DNA from: Chrysomallon squamiferum | Taxonomy: Eukaryota; Animalia; Mollusca | DNA: 64,000 nt | Direction of reading: 5' to 3' | Assembly (NCBI GenBank): GCA_012295275.1 | Contig: CM022669.1 | Span: 6,882,001 to 6,946,000, forward strand | Part shown: positions 57,838 to 64,000 of the stretch, one piece after another | How the letters are laid out: every line of letters begins with the position of its first letter | How positions within the stretch are numbered: the stretch's first letter is position 1 | Position numbers and translations under genes: made by a program | The notes under the pieces: model-generated | The model's database searches: none | What the model was told of the DNA's origin: nothing | What the model saw: the letters and a program-made list of their open reading frames with translations, nothing else

Positions 57838-58199
57838 CTGTGAGAAAATAATATTAGTATTAATAAATCATCAGTATCAGAAATTTTTGTATCTTCTCAT
57901 ATTGATATGCTATTATTACTGTTAATTTAGTCTGAGACTAAGACCTGTCTCTGGAGACTGTAAGAATTCATTTGAACAATCATATACTTTTTTTCTTCTT
58001 TTTTGTTACTGATTAAGCGATAATTACTGTAAAAAACAGTTTTAAAGAAGTAAGTAAAAGAATGATGTTTTAAAGAAAAATATATTAATTCTAGAATCAT
58101 ACATATATTTTACACTGAAGTATCTTTTTGTTCATTATTTTAAATTTCTAATTTTCTAATCAACATCTCACCAACTCTTTCTCTGCTACTGTCCATTTT

Positions 58200-59577
58200 G
58201 CTTCTGACTTTTCTAAAGTTCATATTCCATGCAGCCCGCTCCAGAATTATCGGAATATGTTGAGAAACTCTCCCTCAACAAATAAATTGTCTAATAGATA
58301 AAGTTTCAAGTATGGTAATTTTTTTTTACTCCATCGCTTTTTTCCAGAAATTTGGACTAGATGAAGTAAAAATGAACTTACACTGTGACAATTATAGCGG
58401 TCAGAAAAAAAAAAAAAAAAAAAAGATTTATTTTATGGTATTTATCAGTTCTGAAATAAAATAAACATTGTGCCTGCTGGACATACTAAGTTTGCTCCAA
58501 ACTTCTGTTCTGACTTACTGAAGAGAAAGTAAAACGTTCAGAAAAGTACAGGACGGCTGTGTCAGGTCGTAAAGGAACAAACTGAGAAAGCTGTAGACAG
58601 ATAACAGGACGGGTTCATCTTACTGTGTGTGACTAGCAACTCTACTTTAACAGGTGGTTTCATCCTCCAAACGGAATATGACCATTCAGCAGTTTAGATC
58701 TTCTAGTGAGGAACCAGACAGTGTGGTATTACAAACAGAAACTTAAGAATGGAGAAAACAAGTTTCTGCTTGCTGTCGGAGTTGACAGGTCATGGAAGAA
58801 CTAATTGGACATCCAGAACTTTTTCCCTCTCCTGGTTTTTTAACAGCCTGCAAAGACTATCTCCAGCACAACATTCGGCCATTTGTCAGACCAGGCGCCA
58901 TGTTTCCGAAGATGTCATTACGTTCTACGGGGTGGTAATAAAGGCTGCTGTTAGTCACAATATAAACAGTTTTCGGTTTTGCAAGTGTTCTCTGTGCAGT
59001 CAGAATCTGTTATTATTATACAACCATATAGATAATTTCATGTCCGAGTTGGATTGTCATGTCTGATAACATAAATGTTAATTCATGCAACCTTTTTTTT
59101 TCGACTACAAATATTTTAATATATCTGCTGATTTCTCACTGATAAAAGTACTTTTCTATTTTGTATTTCGTTTTTATGTTAATACGTAAGAGCTTTGAAA
59201 TCCTTGGTGTTTATCACGTTTTTCTATATTTAAACAATCAGTCAAGAAATATAATACTGTATAAATTTCGTCTTTTTAAAATAAACTGTTTCTTATTGAA
59301 ACTGGAGTGAGATGAAGAATGAATTTTGTGGATATCGAGGAAGGAGATTGCTATAAAGAACGTTGTTGCCCTATTCGACGACGTTTTTCTGTGATTTGAT
59401 TATGTAGACTTAATTACAAATATTTCGTGAACTACTACATTTCACTTTTTAAATTTAATTTAATTTTATTTTATTTTTTAACGCTAAAAAGTACACACTA
59501 CATGCAGAAAAACTGAAAGCTGCAAAATGCATGCTTTGTGACCCTTTTTTTTTTTTTTTGATGGACGGTCACATACT
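58200..59577 (+). mobile_element. Degenerate DNA transposon with a Sola2-like transposase remnant
   Basis: Broken frames give DFSKVHIPCSPLQ (about 58206-58244), PQQINCLIDK, FQKFGLDEVKMNLHCDNYSGQ (HCDNYSGQ at 58381-58404) and VPAGHTKFAPNFCSDLLKRK (GHTKFAP at 58479-58499), then QQFRSSSEEPDSV. These parallel the family pattern DFAQQVHxPxxPxQ...QVNYLIDE...FGLGE...LHADNCxGQNKN...GHTKFxPDxxFGLxK...HHFRFxxxxPGxV. A possible terminus lies near 59560-59577; no matching left terminal repeat was found, so the boundaries are uncertain. Confidence 0.75.
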
Positions 59578-61137
59578 ATATTAAAGTTACATCTGTTGAT
59601 GTCACATTTTATGGGTATCGCTTGCAGTTCTGAATACTTTAGTTTTATTAATCTTTCACACATGATAACGGTAGATATACGCTCTATGCAGTTTTCATTA
59701 ACGTTGTACTTTATTTACAAAAAGTTTAACAAAATATTTAACATTTCATTTTTTTAGTAGAGAAGAGTATTGTTCATCTAAATATTAAATATCCCAACAA
59801 TTCAACAGACTAAAGATGACATTTTATCTTTTGCAGCGAACCAAAATATAAATTGTGGGTTGTTATATTTAAAAAGCACAATTTCTAACGTACACAACGT
59901 ATTTCATCTTCTTTTATAATAAGTCTGAGTAAACTGTTGTAGATGATCAGTATATTTATTTATTATTAAATATTTACTACGATTTATCTTCCTGTATTCA
60001 TATTACTACGACGTTGGCACACATCGTAGTACAACGTAGGCGACAGCTTCTCAGCAGGTGACGGATATATCACGTGAACATGTAGTTCAGACAGTGTCAG
60101 CCCATTTTGCTCACGACCCACTTTGTGAACAGTTTTGGTGCATTATATTCACGTTAGATGATAACAAGAAAAATACAGATCACTGCAAAGTGTTTTATCC
60201 ACAGTATTGAGAGCAATTTTTAAAATATTGTTTGAATACCACTGTATTCAAAAGCTGTATAATGTACTTGTCTGTCTTTCCTTCTAACTTTTTACCGTAT
60301 CATCTTTATTTTTATTAGTTGTTTTTTTTACTACCACAACTACTGTTCCTACCACCACTACTATTATTACCTCACCTATTATTATTATTATTATTATCGT
60401 TATCGTTATTGTTACTGTTGTTGTTGTTGTTGTTGTTGTTGTTACTGTTGTTGCTGCTGCTGCTGCTAATGCTGTTGTGTTTATAGTTAAATTTCCTGCT
60501 GTACATGTGGTTTCAGTATTCTTTCTCCAGCTGTTTTGTAGTGTGAAAAGGTCATGTTAAATTGCTACGGACAAACTTGAACAAGACTGAAAAGAAAATT
60601 GTGCAGTTGGCAATTCAACATAAGCACCCACATCCTATTATTTAGACATGTATACTGCCTCTAAAAAGAAACGCATCATCAGTCAGCTGAAATAAAATTT
60701 GTCTTATATCACATCTGAAAAAACTACCACTATCACCAGTTCTACTACTACTACTACTACAACTACTACTACTATTCCATCATCATCAGCACCACCATTA
60801 TTAATATTACTATCGCTGCTGATGCTACTACTATTACTACTATTATCAACATTACAACTGCCATTACTACTGCTGCTACTACTACAACCACTACTTCTAT
60901 AACTAACTTTACTACTACTCTTATTATTAATACAGCCATTGCCACTACAACTACTTCCCCTACTCTTCTACATTCTACTACAACTACGCCTACTATTACA
61001 GCTACCACTACTCCTGTTACTATTACAACATGATGTTATTGTTGTTGCTGCTGCTGCTGCTGTTGTTGTAGTTGCAGCTGCTGTTATTAGTGTTGTTGTT
61101 GTTGTTGTTAAGTATACTAACTGTGGCATATAATACA

Positions 61138-61709
61138 TAATACAAGGAAATAGATGGTATTTCCTCATAAGGAAACAGTAATGTTTGGTGTATGGTTGCA
61201 GGAACTTTATCGTGACCTCATTTCTTGAAAGACACACTGTCACTACTACTTCGTGCCAAACATGGCGATTTTTGTAAACTTAAGGAGGTGATTTAGATGG
61301 AAGATAATAAAAATATAAAAATAAAAATAATAATAATAAATATATACCATATATTTTTTTATTAATCACGAGATGAAATTTTACATATTCATTTATGTGA
61401 GTGTATATATGTACCTGTGTATATGTATGTGTGTATGTATGTACTTACATGTGTACGCAAATACATTTGTATATATGTACTTACCTACGCACGCACGCAC
61501 GCACGCACACTCTTACGTATGTACCTATGTATGTATTTAATATTAAATATAGTAAAATTTTGTTTATTGAAATAGATGAATACAATAATTATATAGATTT
61601 GAAATTTAGCGATATTATCATCATTGCTGCTGCTGTCGCTGCAGTTTCTGCTGCGTTTGTTGTTGTTGTTCTTCTTCTTCTTCTTCTTCTTCTTCTTCTT
61701 CTTTTTCTT

Positions 61710-61740
<31 letters not shown>

Positions 61741-63235
61741 TTATTATTATTATTAGTAGTAGTAGTAGTAGTAGTAGTAGCAGTAGTAAACCAAAGTGTA
61801 ATTTTGTTTGGGAAATGCTTACATTGCAAGTATGCATTCTTATGTTTTCCCATATGTCTTCAAAGAACATTTACACTGATACAACTTGGTAAAATACTAT
61901 TATCTTTGAAAATGATAACTCCCCTTCGGCTTTTATCTCAAACACAGCCTTTGTACCATACTAATCAGAATGAAAAGACCTAAGATGAGGAAATACACCG
62001 ATAATGAATTTTGATGTATCTCTACTTACAGTGGTGTGCTAATCAGCATAGCTGCACACTGAAAATTGATTATGACGTGAGAAGAGACTGGATTCACACC
62101 ACTGCTACGTACACATTATCATGCAGATTCTGATGGAGCTATACGCAAACATAGACTGGTTCTGCGGTACACTTTCGAATACCCAGGCTGGTTCACACTT
62201 ACCCAGTGACATTTACTAAAAATCTTCCTCGTTAAGCCCCTTCTTTACAGCTGACAGGAAACGTATTATCAAGAGTAATTTCATGATTATAATTTGTAAT
62301 ATGATTATATGTAAAAATCAGGCGATAATATTGTAAAGAACAGCTGCTAGGAACTGTGACATATTCATACGCGAACCGAATTACTTCTATGATTTAATAC
62401 GTATGTTATTCAGGTTTGATTTTAGGTGATACTGACGTCAAAATTGATAAATAAATCAGTAAAATTAAAAGAGAAAATAAGTTGTACTAAAAGAAGTAAC
62501 ATTTTTATTCATTCACTCTTCTTTTGGCGGAGTAATCTGATCATCAATATCGGGAATTTTCGTTGCATATGAATTTTATCTTAATATTCCACCAAATAAT
62601 CGATAATTCTCCATTTGTACACAAGCCTTGTTTGCATGGGGTGATGATTTTTGCTTATTCAATTATATTATTATTGTCTTTAGTTTAATTATTATAATTT
62701 ATTTTATTGTATTTCATTTATTTTATTATTATTATTTTTTATTTTATTCTATATTTTTTGTTTTGTTTCATGAATTAAAATAAATATAAATCATTTATTC
62801 AATCATGCCAACTGCCTTTAAAAAGAAAGGTTTCATTAGTAACATATATCACATCTGAATAAACTACTACTTCCACCACTACCAAAAATTCTACTACTAC
62901 ATTAATGCAATTATTGTTATTATTATTATTAATATTATTATTATCATTATTATTGTTATTATTATCATCATCAATACTATTATTATTATTATTATTATTA
63001 AGGCGTGCTTGGAATATTAGCTGGGGCTTGTAATACAAGAAAACAGATACTGTATCATGATAAGGAAACAATAACTTCAAGTATATTTGGTCTTCAGTGT
63101 TTGTTTACAGGAACTTTATCTCGACATATCTAATTTCCAGAAATACATACTTCACGTGACCAATACTTGTTACTTGTCAAATATGGCGCTACTTATAAAT
63201 TTTAGGGACGAACCAAGAGGAGGTAATTTAGGTGA
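61138..63235 (+). repeat. Two diverged direct copies (61138-61295 and 63031-63235) of a 160-200 bp segment that looks like a promoter/first exon
   Basis: Collinear blocks: TAATACAAG.AAA.AGAT, ATAAGGAAACA.TAA, CAGGAACTTTATC, AAA(C/T)ATGGCG and AGGAGGT(G/A)ATTTAG. Confidence 0.7.
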
Positions 63236-63238
63236 CAA

Positions 63239-63281
<43 letters not shown>

Positions 63282-63582
63282 ATTAAAAAAAAAAAAAAAA
63301 CATACGTAAAATTACATGTGAAAAATAGTGCTGCATACTGTGAGCATTCTAAAATCAGAGAAAGATCAAAGACTTGAGTCTACGTATGAGAGATACAGGA
63401 ATTTAATTATTGTTATTTTGCAATATCTAAAACTTAGAAAACGTACGTCTGTATATTTTATGTGGAAATTTCACTGACTTAACACAATTGTTTAATAGTT
63501 AAGAATCATTTTAAATAGTATAAATTTAGCACTATATTATACTGCATTACCTTTCTAACTAATAATATGATGAGAAATTATA

Positions 63583-63664
<82 letters not shown>

Positions 63665-63780
63665 CATAATATTATGTAGGTATGAATATATGTACAAATG
63701 CTTGCATATGTCTATGTCTGTATGTATGTGCGTGTATTTAATACTAAATATATCATCTTACGGTAACCTATTTATATCAG

Positions 63781-63935
63781 AAAAAGATCCTGACCTGTAT
63801 TTATTTATCCACCCCAGAATATGTACCAGATCGGCCCTTGAAGCCATTGTATGCTGAGAAAACGTTTACGTTCTTCGTACTAAGATTACATTCAGTCAGT
63901 GTGTGTTACTGTGAATTAAACTATCAGCGTGAAGG
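63781..63935 (+). other. Possible exon of a gene extending beyond the window
   Basis: ATATCAG| acceptor, one open frame (KKILTCIYLSTPEYVPDRPLKPLYAEKTF...), strong donor AGG|GTGAGT. No recognisable protein family. Confidence 0.25.
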
Positions 63936-64000
63936 GTGAGTTGTTTTTACTATGTGTAGTAAAAATACTTTTCTTTTTTTTTCACACTTTAACTATCACC

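Overview
Very AT-rich, intron-rich animal genomic DNA with many microsatellites. It is probably an invertebrate such as a mollusc (inference), and is not prokaryotic, so most entries in the ORF track are microsatellite artefacts. Four spliced protein-coding genes can be assembled exon by exon with GT-AG junctions and consistent phases: (1) an alpha-arrestin (ARRDC/TXNIP family, +, 717-6104) with uORFs and a long putative 3' UTR holding eight miR-8/miR-200 seed matches; (2) an LRRC74-like leucine-rich-repeat gene (-, 15878 to about 24544) with a 21-bp minisatellite in its putative first intron; (3) a stand-alone homologue of the C-terminal SAM-dependent methyltransferase domain of the ovothiol synthase OvoA, with an N-terminal hydrophobic anchor and no sulfoxide-synthase module (-, 31455-34297); (4) CCDC171 (+, 35843-52851), head-to-head with gene 3. 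Three decayed relics missing from the ORF track were found by hand translation: a hephaestin/ceruloplasmin-like multicopper-oxidase exon (-, about 14.1-14.4 kb), a Hedgehog-type Hint/Hog C-terminal exon (-, about 57.6-57.8 kb) and a Sola2-like transposase remnant (+, about 58.2-58.7 kb). Two introns carry tandem repeats built from their own splice junctions. Family assignments rest on recalled motifs, not on database searches.
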